Source: the human T2T-CHM13v2.0 reference genome, Homo sapiens
Strand: one strand, 5' to 3'
Assembly (NCBI RefSeq): GCF_009914755.1
Contig: NC_060930.1
DNA length: 64,000 nt
Every line of letters begins with the position of its first letter. Position 1 is the first letter of the stretch. Below the pieces are notes generated by a model. That model was not told the origin of the DNA. It ran no database searches and was given only the letters and a program-made list of their open reading frames with translations. This document shows positions 46,615 to 61,057 of the stretch, piece by piece. A program made the position numbers and the translations under genes.

Positions 46615-47493
46615 TCTTTGAGAAAGCAACACTGCAGGACAAAAATGAACACCAGTAGTATATTTCAACTTTTTTTTCATGTCATTTGCCTAGATATATT
46701 TTTTTCTTATTTTTATTTTTATCTTACAAGTCAACCTCAAAAACATAAAGCAGGAGAGAAATGAGCCATGCCTCTTTTTCAGTTTAGAGGGGTAGCTGAC
46801 ACAGGATGAGAGCACAGTAAAACTTAAGCTAAGATTTCCACATTAATATCTTGCCCCCAAACACCATGCAGTGCTAAAAGTCACATTCCCATCATGCAAG
46901 CACATTAAAATATATGGCGATTAAAACTCCTGGTTTCTATTTTACGGCATTTGCTCTTTCCACGAGGCACACTTCCCTTTTGGGCTAAAGGTTAAAAAAA
47001 AAAAATTCAAATACAATGAAGAATCCATTATTTTCAATGTTTTCTATGTGGTTCTGGGGTCATGTGGGAAAGAACTGAGATGTGCTGAAGAGGCAAGGGA
47101 ATTGCTTCCTGCCCCACGACACAGAGAAACGTGTGTCTGCTCAATGCCTCATTCAAGGAGATGAGTGGCTTTCTGTGAGGAGAGAAATTATCCCCCTTCC
47201 ACAGTCCATTTCATACAGGCTGCAAACATTTAGTTTCAGGGACTTTTATTTTCAATTATGTATTACAAAACCCTGGGCAGGGCAGTCATCTCCCAGTTCT
47301 AGGATTCAATTTCTCCTGTGAGGTATACAAAAGAAATTGGAAGAGAAATAAATTGGAAAACCACAATTGGACATCATATTCTTGTTAGACTGAAGAAGAA
47401 ATGCCCCCTAAAACTATGTGGATATGGCAGCTTTTCTGTACTTAACATTACTCATTAAATCATGTATGTGGCTATATCAAAATACTGTCTTTC

Positions 47494-47776
47494 GGCCAGG
47501 TGTGGTGGCTCACACCTGTAATCCCAGCACTCTGGGAGGCAGAGGCAGGCAGATCACCTGAGGTCAGGAGTTTGAAACCAGCCTGGGCAACATGGTAAAC
47601 CCCGGTCTCTACTAAAAATATAAAAATTAGCCGGGCGTAGTCCCAGCTACTCGGGAGGCTGAGGCAGGAGAATCACTTCAACCAGGGAGGCAGAGGTTGC
47701 AGTGAGCTAAAATCGTGCCACTGCACTCCAGCCTGGGCAACAGAGCAAGACTCTGTCTAAAAAAAGAAAAAAAAAA
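47494..47776 (+). mobile_element. AluS with small internal deletion, antisense within the IPCEF1 3'UTR
   Basis: Alu consensus; ccgggcgtagtcccagc lacks ~16 nt. Confidence 0.92.
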
Positions 47777-50700
47777 GTATTTCTTACTAAGAGATAATGT
47801 ACCTATGAATTTAAACATGTCTTAAATTTGAATAGCACTTCTTTTCAAAAGACTTAAAAATATTTTTTCTTTGAATCTGTTTCATCTCTGTGACATTGTT
47901 TGTGACTGGAGTGCTACCTGAGTAAATTATCATGATTACATGAAAAGCAATTAAGAGAAGAAGGTCAAAGGACCAACCTCTAATCACTAAGTTTGGTCTC
48001 TAACATTTGACAGCACATGCCTCAAAAAGCAAACAAAATAAACACTCTCCATTTCTTTAAATATATGTTTTTCATCCAAGGATCACACAGCACCTCCCAA
48101 GTAGTCTAATGTACAGAAAGAAAAGAAAGGAAACACAGCATGATTAGGTGAAACCCCAATCCATAGACAGCCCGCCAGCAGGTTGAGGCAGGACCACTAG
48201 GAGGAGACTGTGCTCAAGCACAGAGAGGGCCCTTTAGGTTTCAAATGGAGAATTTAGCCAAACAGCCACCAGGGCCAGCCGTATGCTAAGCCCAGTGCAA
48301 TGAAACACACGCTCCCAGTCAAACTTCTTGGTTTCCTAGTGGGCTATGTGCCAACAGCAACTTCACAAGGTAACAGGTGAAGCGAGGTGGGGGGCGGAGA
48401 GGAGGAAATGGGCAGAGAGCCGCTGGGAGTCCTGAGACTCAAGTTCCTGCTTCATCACTGGGGGCTCCGGGCCAGGCACTTCACTGTAATAATCCACAAT
48501 CATCTCAGAGCATGGGGCAGCGGGAGGGGGCTGAAAACACACCAATTTGCAAACTACAAAGTGCTGTGTAAATGTAAGGCATGGGTTTCACATTGAAATC
48601 TGACTCCAAACACAATCTCTTTCTTACGCTTCCTGGAGTCTTTGTAATCCTATACTTTAGGAGTCTTTCTAGGCCTTTGATCCTATTCTGAGATTTGAGC
48701 TGTTGTGGCAAAACTAAGAATTCTTTAAAGCAAAAGACGCCCTTGCAATGCAGGGCTCAGAGTGTCTATTTGCAATATATCAACCAGTGAAGGCATCACA
48801 TCAGGCTCCGTTCTGGATCTACAGGCTAACAACAGAGGGAAAAGGTCCTCTTCACAACCCCAAAGAGGAGTCCTCTCCAAATCCTAATCTTTAGCAGGTG
48901 CCACAGATTTGGATCTACGTGTGCTGAGAGATTCTCCACTTCCTTCCTGAGCAGCCATGGTTTTCTCTCTCATTCCACAGCTCACAGACACTGCAGGACT
49001 GGGTATAGGAATTGGCCCTTGGACCCCAGGAAACTACCCCAAATGCATTTCAGAGATGACCCGGTCTCAAGAAATATACTGAAAGTAATCCAGTTTTCCC
49101 AATATTCTTTGGACCAGAAAAGTGGCTTGAGGCCAAGAGAGAGAAGCCCATGTCTTCCTACATTAAGTGTCACGGAAAGTGTCACCCACTCTCCCTCTCA
49201 CTCCTGTCTATCCCCCCACCCACGTCTTAGTGGCCACAGCCTAGGCTGAGAACTCACAGAAGCAGCCCTACTTTCTAGCACAAACTGGTCAAAAGCAAAA
49301 TAATTTACAGGGGGAAAAACACGAATGAGCAGGCAATGGGGCTCCAGAAAGCCAGGTGCAAAATTGTGAAGTTCAGTTTCCCTTTCACTTTGGGAAGCTC
49401 TGCAAAGTAAGCTTTAACTAGCAAAGCAAAAACTTCTAGGCTAATGTTCTTGACTTTGAAAAATAAATTTAAGCCTTGGCTAAGTAATCCCAGGGATCTT
49501 TTTTGCCTTAAGTTTCAATGGTACTAAAGGAGTTTACAGTTGAAAGGTTGGGGAAATATGTCTTCACGAAAAGCCAAAGGAAAGCATTCAAAGCTATTCA
49601 CAAACCCTGCTCAAAAGTGTCTGGAGCTCTTCAATTTAAGAAAAACTGGAAGTCTACAGGCTGGTGTTGCAAACCAAAGAAAAATAGGTGGAAGGGCACT
49701 TTATGTCACACTGTTATTTCTGCTATTGTTATTTGTCGTTCCTTCAATACTCTTTACATTGCCAATCCTAAATAATTTCCCTTCTGGTATCTGCTAATCA
49801 CAGAAAGAATCAGTAATTTCCAGGGGCAAAAGGTTAAAGCACTGCTCTCCTAAACCAGGGCATCAGGGTGCAATCTGAGGATCTGAATGTTCTCTCTGTC
49901 AGGTCACCACAGGTCAAACTCATCTTCAGTGGCTTCCCTAGGTGGAGAAGTACCCACATGTTTGCTGGGCCAAACTGACTGGCCTGGCCTCTTATCTTAG
50001 AGAAGTTTCTAGCAGTACAACTTGCTTCTTGTTTTTTGTTTTTATTTCTTAATGCTAAGGTTGTTTTTTGTTTGTTTGTTTGTTTACAGAGTATTAAGGC
50101 TTCTTAGTAAAGCTTGGGGAACTATTCAACAACTATTTCCATTTTGTTTGCAGATATAATTCAGGTGGTTCCTTCCATTTGAATGTCAAGCCACACTTTG
50201 AAGCTATAAAACAAAATAGGTTGTGTGAACAATTTGTTAGGGGTAGGCAGGGCCAACATGGGTACTTGGTGGGTTGTGGTTATTCCTATGGTGAGAAATA
50301 TTCATGGTGATTAGTAAGGGAAGACTTTCATATTGTTTCTCTATAGCTCTCTTTAACACAATGATTTCTAAATTTCTATTAGTCTTTAATGAAAAGATGA
50401 CATTAGTTGTGTTGCCTTTGGTCTAAGGTTTGCAGGCATAAATGGCACAAAGCTTAAAGTTTATTTAATAGAAAGGATAATCTAAGATGAAAGTCCTTTG
50501 CTGGTTAAAAGAGTGACTTACAAGAGATAGAAATCTAAATTTAAGAGCTCATGGGGGTTGGGGTGGGGAAGAAAATGAAAAATTATGAATGCATGCCCCA
50601 TTTTTTTCCCACAAGATTTCCTGAGCATTCCTCAGACACAGTGCAACATCATAACACCAGTGAATCAATAGTATTTCTATTTTTCTCAAGCAAAAAGTAT

Positions 50701-51806
50701 AGACTCATCAAATATATACTAAGCACAATATATAATAGTATATCATCTTTTAAACACTAGTAATTTGAACTTCTATAAATATATTTAAATAACAAACATA
50801 GCTATTCACATAGCACACAAGTGACATATAAACATACAAAAATAAATCCCTCATGTTTAACTCTTTTGTTGCTTCCATGGGTTTTTGTTTTTTTGTTTTT
50901 TTGAGTAAAGATATTAAAACAATTCAGATGCCAAAGTCGTCTTGTCAATATTGATCCTGGGAAACCTGGATATAAATTCACACTATGTATAGGGATCACA
51001 GCCAAGGACAAGAGCAGTAGACATTCTTTGCGGAACATATTCCTATCTCCTACCATTGAGTAGGAAAGCTCAAAGGAAGTAGAGGTCTCCAATTGTGATG
51101 AGATGTTTTCTCTAGCTGTTGTAAGGAAAGGAAACATTAATCAGATCCCCTAACCTGCATAAAGTGTGAAAACACCAAGCTGTCCTTTGAATGAGTGGAA
51201 TATGGAACACGCCTCCTCCTTCAGCTCTCCCACATGCCACTGTCTATGAAGCATTTCTCATCACATGGAAAAGGCACCACCATTCCATACCAAAGGCAAG
51301 GAATTTTTGTTCTGCAACACCACGTTTGTCCTTCCAGTCACTGCTCTAGAAAACATTCCTCCACTCAAACAGTGATTTGGGCCACACAGCTTCCCAGTCA
51401 AGTGGAATATGTACATTCTTCTTTTGAAAAACAGAATGTTTCCATGGGCAATTACTCCTGGTAAAATTTGATTCTTGTCCATAGCATTCTCTGGAGAGCA
51501 ATGAACAGAAGAGACATTTCTCACATCCCCCCTAGAGCCCCACATCACCGTGAGCTCCCAGTAGGAACACAAAAAACGCCTTTCAACTGAACTCAATCAT
51601 TCCAATCTCAATGGATGCGTTACGACTGAAATGAGGAGCCCTGGTGTATTCGGTGATTATCTTCATCTAACGTGCATCTTTAGATGGGAAGCTGATGCTT
51701 GAAGGACTGGGTTTCAGTTTTCCTTTTAAGGAAAAATGTAAGCTTTTGCAACATCTTGAAGAGTTGCTTGTGATAAAATATAAGAGGAGAAAACCCTGAC
51801 TTTGTC

Positions 51807-52019
51807 TCAAATGGAATTTTCAACAGAGGGAGAAGAAGGTGATTTCTTGAGTTCCTGGGGGGTGTCATCAGTGTCATCAGGGGCAGGCGAAGCCCGCTGC
51901 TGCTGATAGATGTCCTGGATCAGCAGGGTGTTCATGACTTTCCACTCTCTGTATTTCCTGGCTGTCAGCTTCGGGTCATCCAGCAACTGGTTAATCATGG
52001 CCAGATCATGTTCTTTACA
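51807..52019 (-). CDS. IPCEF1: IPCEF1 last coding exon (CKEHDLAMINQLLDDPK...SPSVENSI*)
   Basis: Acceptor cctttttttctactcacacag|TGT, phase 0; 70 aa plus TGA; matches the IPCEF1 C-terminal cytohesin-binding (CNK-like) region. Confidence 0.95.
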   Translation of the reverse strand, partial: CKEHDLAMINQLLDDPKLTARKYREWKVMNTLLIQDIYQQQRASPAPDDTDDTPQELKKSPSSPSVENSI

Positions 52020-53132
52020 CTGTGTGAGTAGAAAAAAAGGGGAAGGGGGTATGTTGAGAGTGTCTTAATTTACATAAACCATCTTTACCAACTCTTTTAC
52101 AAGTACACATATACATAAAATTACCAAAGCATTTTTGCACGTTAATGTTCTAATTCCAGCATTAAGCTTAAGAAATACGACATTTGTTTGCATACGCTAG
52201 CCGCAAAGAAGTGAAGTATCCTACCCAAGAGTTAGTGAAAGAGCTAGACATATAGCAAAGATCTTCTATGTTGCCTTTCCCTGATCAATCCATTATTCCA
52301 CACCACAGTAACAATTCTACCTTGGTGTGGGAATCATGCCTCCTAAAACTTACCATTGTAGGTATTAGCATTTTATTGACAATCCAAACTTCACTAAGTA
52401 AAATTGGAACGTAACACTTTACCTAGGACATATGGCAACATAAAATATGTCTTTTAAGATTTTATTAAATTATCTTTATTTTTAATAAATCACATTTATT
52501 TAATACAGAATAAATACACAGATTATCTTTTCAGTCAAAGAAGAGGCTACTAACCTTCCATCAAAACAGTATGTATTCCAATAATGCTAATAAACAACCT
52601 ATTGGTGCTATTCCATTCTGCCTCCTCTGTAACCAATGGCACACATTTCTGAAATGTCTAGCTCAGGTTAGAGTTTTCTATAGACAAGGAATGGAGTATA
52701 AATAAGATGTTCATCCTCCATATTAAAAACAAATATTCAGCCCTGACAATTGTATCTCAAATCTATGCCTGTTTTCTCCATCCCATGACCATAATCCTAA
52801 GGTTGGATATCCAGTTCAATATATCACGTTTGATCTGCTGCCACAGCCTCCTGAGCGAGACCACTGCCTCCAATGCCCACTTCAACTCCACCTCCACTTA
52901 GCAGAGCAGGGATGCATGTAAATGCCGAGTCCCCCTCATGGATCCCCTTACACCCAAGGCTCCTCACCTGCACTGGCACCATTTGTTGATACTCTGCTTC
53001 CTTTTGACTTTCCAGTCTAATGTACTGGCATGCATTTTCTCACCCACACAACACTAGCTCACACCTCCGTGTCGTTGTGCCACATGAAGAATCTTCCTTG
53101 CCTTTCTTCACCTCATAAACTCTAATTTCTAG

Positions 53133-53491
<359 letters not shown>

Positions 53492-53849
53492 TACCCAATT
53501 TTTCAAAACCCGTAAATCTATACTTGAGGCATCACATTGTCCAGGAAACCTTCCCTGCACTCCCAAAATTGGACTGATAAGCTTTTAAGTTTTTATGTTC
53601 TCATGCCTTCCAATGATGCCCTCTGAGAACTTACCGAGGTACATTTAGGTATTTACGGGTAAGTCATGGCCCCTCTTCTAAAGCTTAAAGAAGATGACAA
53701 GAAACATTTCCTTCATCCCTGTATTCCCTGCACCTAACGCAATGCCAAGTGCCATGTAGACATTCAATTCATGCATGTGATTGAACTACTCTTTTTGACT
53801 ATCCCCAGGACAGCATGTGTGAAACTAAAACTTCACAACCACTGCCAGT

Positions 53850-55695
53850 AAGTGGATTTTCACTACTCTCCAGTCATCACATTTTCACATCCTTTTTCTG
53901 GCAGTCTCCCAAATGACTATTTCAAAACTCTTCTCATCTCAAACCCCCTCTCTCATCCTCACTCGCAGCTGATGGCCTTGCTATCTCTTTGTTGAGGAAA
54001 TGGAAGCCATCAGAAGAGCACTTCTCCCAAGTTCCTATTGCCCACGAACTACATGGATGCAAATCTATGCTGCCTTCTGCCCTGTTCACAGAGATGGAGC
54101 ATCTGTGCTCCTAGTAAAGGCCAATCCCTCCACTTGGGCACAATGGCCCCCGCTCTCCTACTCAAGAAATTCATCCCAGCAATTCTGTTCTCTCCTCTGA
54201 CTCACCAACTTTCCAGATCCCCTCCAGCAGTCTCACTGGTACACATGTTTGCTGTTATTTCTTGCATGTTAAAATTCCTCTCTGCCCCCAAATCCCTGTC
54301 CAGCTAATGCTCTACTTTTTCCTGTCTCCAGTGGCCCATTCTGCATAGATTCAGTCCCATCAGGGTTTGGCCCCCACCATTCACCAAAACTGCTCTTGTG
54401 AAGACCATCAGTGACCTCCATGTTGTTAAATCCAATAAACCATTAAATCAATGTTAAACCAATGATCCATCTTCAACTTATTTATCAGCAGCACCTAAAA
54501 CAATTGACTACTCCTCCTTCTTGAACAGTTTCATTGTTGTGCTCCTATGATACATTCTCCTGATTTTTCTTGTACCACAATTGCTACTTACTCCCACCTT
54601 AGTTGCTGATTCCTCCTTGTCACGCCACCTCTTCTCACTGGAGTGTTCTAAAGCCCCAGCTTGTATCCTGTTCTCTGCTCTATCTATGTTCATGCTGTTG
54701 GTAATCACAAGAAATCTCTCCCACTCTCCTATGTGCTGAGGGTCCCAAGTTTATATCTCTCCTTACTTCTTCCCTGGACTCCATCATCATTTGTCTAAAC
54801 TTCCTCTTCAGCAGTTCCACATCAACCCCTAAGAGGCATCTCAAAAATAACATATCTAAAGATAAGTTCCTCTTATTCTCTACATCCCCACCCCACCAAC
54901 TTCCAATGCACACCAAACCCGGTTCCTACCGTAGTCTTCCACAAAGCACTTAATGGTAACTCCGTCTTTCCAGTTGCTCAGAGCAAACACTGGAGTCATT
55001 CTTGACTCCTTCTACCACACCCAATCCACCAGCAAAGGCTGATGGTTCTACCTTCAGACATGACACAAAGCATGCCATCCTTCTGTTCAGAACCTTCCAG
55101 AGGGTCACTGTCTTACTCCGAGCAGAAGCTGGTGTTTGCAATGGCAATGAGATCCTCAATGGCTCGAGTCCCTGCTGCCCCTCCAGCCCACTGCTGCACT
55201 CCCCATGCTCCATCCCCACTACATTACAGCTACCTTGACCTCCTTGCTCTTCCTTAAATGCCCTAGGCACACTCCCGCCCCAAGGTGTTTGTGTTTTTGT
55301 TCCTTTTGCCTGAAATATTCGGCCTCAGAGAACCTCAAGCCTCATTCCCTTTCCTTTTTCAGATTTTACACAAATTATGTCTTTCAAAGAGGCCTTTCAT
55401 GTCCTTCCTAATTAAATATCAATTCCTCAACATGTTCTATCCCCTTTTCTATTCTTTATCAAATCTATCATCACTTATCATATTATACATTTAATAGTCA
55501 ATTATGTTTGTTTATTCTCCTACTAAAACATAAGCTTCCGGAAGGCAGGCCTTTTTATCTGACATGCCCAGTGCTATAGCCCCAAGTGCCTGAAAGAATG
55601 ACTGCACATGTAGACTGTTTACACATGTAGACATTCGTTGAATACTTGTTGAAAAAATGAATATATAAAATAAGAAATAAATGAATAAATGAATT
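53850..55695 (+). mobile_element. L2 LINE 3' portion
   Basis: RT-like cccccaccattcaccaaaactgctcttgtgaagaccatcagtgacctc (PHHSTETAL-like); L2-like 3' end with ttgaata/tgaatg repeats. Confidence 0.78.
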
Positions 55696-55804
55696 ACCAA
55701 TTTGCTTTTTATTCTCTTTTGCATTCTGAACCCTATTTGGAGTCTGAGGAAATCCTTTCCATTAAACAAAAAAACTAGACATAGATTCATAGATCAATAG
55801 CTGG

Positions 55805-55860
55805 ATAGATAGATATTAATAGATAGATAGATAGATAGAAGATAGACATATAGATGGATA
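55805..55860 (+). repeat. (ATAG)n tetranucleotide repeat
   Basis: Directly visible, imperfect. Confidence 0.85.
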
Positions 55861-57602
55861 AAGATAGGAATCCTTCCTTCCAAAATGGAGAAAAAACAGT
55901 GCAGTAGGAAAGCAGAGGGATTGTTTATAGAAAGTTAGGCAGGGCCAAAAGAGCATATTTCTTCTTTCTGAGTTTTCAATATCTATGCTTCCAAAACAAC
56001 TTTTCCAAAACAACAACAACAACAAAAGCTTTCTTCCTCTGATATCACCATACTGCTATTAATGTAAAGTTATTTAAAGAGTTTTATTTTGTTCTAAAGA
56101 AATTTAGACATCTACTTCAAAGGAAGATCCTAATTTTTCATATTAAAAAATTAAATAAGATCTTTGAAAATTAATAAAAATTGGGGAAACTGACTTTGCA
56201 TACATGAATTAACCCCTCTTTATAGCTAATAAAATTTTTAGAACAGGGTCTCTTCAACTTTGGGCATTAAGCTGACACTTCTCATATGGCTTTTGGCTCT
56301 AAGTAGTTCAAATTTTTTACCATTTGGCTCAAATCTGTGTTAGTTCTTCTATGGATGAAAGAAAAAAATGTAGACAATAATACAGAAGAAGGAAATTAAT
56401 GAAACAACAGAACCTTCCAAGCTCCTTCCTACACCAGGCATCCTGGGGCTGGGCCTCATCCAGCAGCCCAGCTTCTCCTGGATGGCGCATGAGGCTTTTG
56501 GAGGGCTTTGAACTACTTTCACAACATCCGCTCTGCTTTCTGGCAGGCAAGCAAGGTTTGGCAGGGATTCCAAAAATACCATGAAAGAGAGAATGCTGTA
56601 CTTTCAGTTTTTACTCCAAATAGTCAGTGTGTGGCTCGACTCAAGACCTAAGCATTGGAAATGTGTTCCACCAGAGTAGCTACGGGAAGAAAGGGTTCAC
56701 CGCTCTTGTGACATAGGTCAGAGTAACTCAGAGAGAGTTTCAGTTGGACCCATTAATCATTCCATTAATAACTTATTTTAAAATAAAAGCAGACTTAGCC
56801 AAAAGTCAGTGAATGATGAGCTGTTAGAAATTCCTAAATATCTGTATTTAGTGTACAACATAATACGATCAACTTTTGCTCAAGTTCAACTTGGAAGTTT
56901 GCTCAACTTCCTAGAAGAATTTCCCTGAAGTGCATTCATTCCAGTACTATCCCAGTGCAGGGATTTTTCTTATTTACGGAATGCACCTGCGGCAAATATA
57001 AACATTATTGTTAAAACAGTTTCCTTGTTTCTGCATGAAACTCTGTTGTCTTTGCTTGTCTACACTCCTACTTTGGAGCTTTTAAAACATAAACATTTCC
57101 TCTGTGTATGATATATTCTCTGTGCAATATATCATACTCAGAGAAAAGTGCACAAATAGAAAAATTGTGCTTAAAGAATTATCACAAAATAAACACTTCC
57201 ATACCACTACTACCAGGGTCACAGAAGGACCCGCACCCAGCACTCAGAAGCTCCATTCACATCCCCTCTCAGTCCCATCCTCTCCTCTTCCTCAAAGACA
57301 ACCACTCTCTTGACTGCTTTGAATTTTAAAAACAATTAGAAATAATTATTATACCCTTCCAACATGAACATGCACACATGTACCAAGTTCTCTCTCTCCT
57401 TTGAATAGGTTGATGCACTTTGCTTTTGTTCAGCTTCTTCAGCAAGACCAATTTCCACATCAGCATGTCCTCCTACCTCCTGAGATTAATAGGACTGCAT
57501 GACATGGGTCCTGTTCTATTTCATCAGCCCCAAGCACTGCACGAGGGATCTATGGAAAGGGCTCCTTCTCACAAATGTCCAGAAAGAGCAGTTCCCTAGC
57601 TG

Positions 57603-58170
57603 GGTGGGGCAGGCAGCCCTGAGCGGGCCCCCAATCTTCTCTGCTTCCTGGTATTCAAGGCCTTGTGTAATCTCCTCCCTGAAAATGAGATGACCCAATG
57701 ACTTGCTTCTACTGAATAGAATACTGCAAAAGTAATGTGATGTCATTGCTGCCACTGGGTTATAACCCATCTCACTCACTCACTCTCACTGTGTTGCTTG
57801 CTCTGAAAGAAGCCAGTTTCCAAGTTGTGACCTGCCCTGTGGAGAAGCCCATGTGGCAAGGAACTGAGGGGAGCCTCTGGCCAACAGCCAGAGGGCAACT
57901 GAGACCCTCAGTCCAGCAACCTGAAAGGACCTGAATCCTGCCAATAATTAACATGCAGGAGTTTAGAAACTGATCCCTCTCCATGGAGGAATGAATGCAG
58001 CCCCAGCTGACAGCTTGATCACAGCCTTGTGAGAGACCTGGGGGCAGAGGCATTTGAGCAAGCCACACCCAGATTCCTGGCCACAGACACTTTGAAATAA
58101 TAAATGCTGATTGTTTGGAGTTGCTAAGCTTTGGGATAATTTGTTACCTAGCACTGGAAAACCGATACAC
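57603..58170 (+). mobile_element. MLT1F-like MaLR LTR
   Basis: cttcctggtattcaaggccttgtgtaatctcctccc...gcaaggaactgaggggagcctctggccaacagcc...aataaatg...gctaagctttgggataatttgttac. Confidence 0.8.
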
Positions 58171-59898
58171 TGACAGAAAAGCAAAAGCTGCTGAATTCAC
58201 CAATGACGAGGTCACAGAGACCCATAGGGAATGGTAACACTAATTCTTTTCACAAAGTTGGCCCCCCAGTGGCCAGGTGAGGGCATGGTGCCGTAAAGAT
58301 CTAGAATCCTGAGTCTGCTGCTCTGTGGAAGGCCTGAGGCCACAGCCTTTCTCCTTCTACTAATGACTCAAACTGCACATGCTCTCCGCGGCCTCTACTT
58401 CCTGCTTCTCCCAACGTGGAACTACAGCTTATTATCCGTTGACAGACATTCCATTTCCTTGAATGTCCTTCCCTTGGTATTCATTTCTTCCTGACTCACG
58501 GATTTCGTGACAGTGTTCCTAATGCCTCCAGTAATCCACTGTCCCCCTTGGACCACCAAAGCACCCTGAGCACATCTCAACCAGAGTATTTTTGCACTTC
58601 ATTTTAATCATGTATTTGTTTTCCTCTGTTTCTACACCGGTAGAGTCCATTCAATGGTCCCAGTCACCTAGAATAGTGGCTGGTACATAGTAAGAGTCAG
58701 GAAATACTTGCTCAATGAAAACTTTACTCACTCATATCAGCTATCACAGACAAAGAAGACAGTAAAATCCCAACACGCTATGACATATTACATTGAATAA
58801 TCAAATATATTCATCAGCTTCGTACATACTGTGAAATGGCGGCCAGTGATATCTTTTATTATCGATAAAAATTTTAATATTAAATAAGAGTGAATTTCTC
58901 TGCATTTGTATTATCTTTGTATAATTAAAATTTACTTTCTTTTTCCATTCTGGCCTCATTTTTGTAGCCTTTTAGGGTGTTCAGATGTTCTACTGACTAA
59001 CTGGGACGCCTAAGAGCCACTCAGCCTGCCTTTGTAGCCTTGTCCTTTCAATTGCTGACATTTCTTCCTGGAAAATGACTTAAGTTCTTAATGCCAAAGG
59101 CCACAGACAAAACAAAATTCACTTACAGAATCTATCAAAGCTTTTCAGATAAATCGTCTGCTAAATCAGGAGCATTTTACAAAGTATCCTGGCCTCCACC
59201 TGTTCATGTTATAATCTAAATGTGAAAGCAGGACACTTTTGTTATGAAGAACCATTTCAGCTCAGGGAGGGCCTGAAAATAGCTTCAGTACTTCCTGTAC
59301 ACTGTCCCTTATTCCCATTGTGAAAACATCTGCTGGTCTATTACCACAGAGTGTGTACTTCCCACTGTCGGGCTCTCATGGTGCTCCTTGGCTGCAGTGC
59401 CCACAGCTGACAATCACTACATCTTTGCTGCAGCTGAAATCAAGACATTTCCTTCTGGATGCAGTCCTGAAGACTGGTACCCTTGTATGAATCAGATGAA
59501 AATTCGAGATCTTATTTATACGACTGTTTATTCTCACCAGTTGATGATCTCTGTCTCTCATCAACATTTATTGAACCAGGTACTGTGCTAGGTATAAGGG
59601 TTAAAAAACAAATTATGCATGGTCCTTGCTGTCCAGAAGCTTAAAATTTGAAATTTTATATCAGAGTGAATGCAAACATCAAGGCCTATTGTGAAAAACT
59701 GCCTTGGGCGCTACTGTGTGAATGTCCTAGTGCTTTAAGAACGTCAAGATCATCTTGCCCTATAAAGGTTATATTTACTTTTACAGCCCTTCCCTGCAAC
59801 CACACAAACATGCTGTGATTAGCAAGAATCTCTCTGCAGAACCAGCCGTTCCTTGCCCCACATCCATAGAGTTCATCCACAATTTGAAATTTTGTTAC

Positions 59899-60092
59899 CT
59901 TTAATGTGCTATTCAATGTTCGGATTTTGTGGAGTTTCTCGTTTATAGATGGATTTTTACACCGCTTAACAAAGGATTTTCTCAACTCCTTTTTAGTCGA
60001 AGGTCGTCGGTCCCCAAGAGGAGATAGACTAGCTTGCTCTAATGATTTGTACAGCTTCTCCATTTCATCATCTTCAGACACTTTTGTCTCTT
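59899..60092 (-). CDS. IPCEF1: IPCEF1 penultimate coding exon (EETKVSEDDEMEKLYK...RTLNSTLK)
   Basis: Acceptor (T)n caaatag|AA (phase 1), donor AAG|gtaac (phase 0); 194 nt, in frame with the last exon; peptide matches IPCEF1. Confidence 0.95.
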
Positions 60093-60566
60093 CTATTTGA
60101 AAAAAAAAAAGAAAGCAGTAACAATAAACCCAGTGAAAAATCAAGGAGAGAACATTCAATACTGTGGTCCCAAGGCACGGCCCCACTGGCACCCTCATCT
60201 CAGACTTCTCTCCGGAACTGAAAGACAATAAATGTTTGCTGTCTAAGCCACCCAGTTTGCGATACTTTGTTACTGCAGAGCCACGTTCCCTGTGAAGGCA
60301 CCAGGGAAGGAGTTATTCCAAGCCTCTCTCCTGGCTTCAAGTGGTTTTTTGGTTTGTGGCAGTATAACTCCAATATTCACATGGGGTGTTCCCTGCATGC
60401 ATGTCTCTGTGTCCAAACTCCCCCTATTTATGAGGGTATCAGTCATGTTGGATTAGAAACCTGCCCTATTAACTCATCTTAACTAGTTAAATCTGCAACA
60501 ACCCCATTTCCCAATAAGGTCACATTCTGAGGTATTAGGGGTTAGGACGTCAACATACGAATTTTA

Positions 60567-60891
<325 letters not shown>

Positions 60892-61057
60892 TGAATTTTA
60901 GAGGGACACAATTCAACCCATACATAGTCCACCCTCCGGCCTCCTAAATTCATGTGTTTCTCACGTGCAATATATTCACCTCATCCCAACAACTCCAAAA
61001 GTCTTAACCCATTCCACCATCAACTCTAAGACCAAAAGCTCACCCAAATATCATCCA

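Larger units (their letters stand above)
46590..51806 (-). other. IPCEF1: IPCEF1 3'UTR (~5 kb; end approximate)
   Basis: Follows the IPCEF1 stop codon; candidate poly(A) signals at 50460-50465 and 46609-46614. Confidence 0.6.

Noticed and set aside
47494-47776. Specific OPRM1-IPCEF1 mRNA duplex through complementary 3'UTR Alus
   Set aside because: Any Alu-bearing transcript could pair equally well; nothing indicates specificity
59686-60228. 180-aa ORF as a single-exon gene
   Set aside because: Only 59899-60092 is bounded by splice sites; the flanks are intron and LTR sequence
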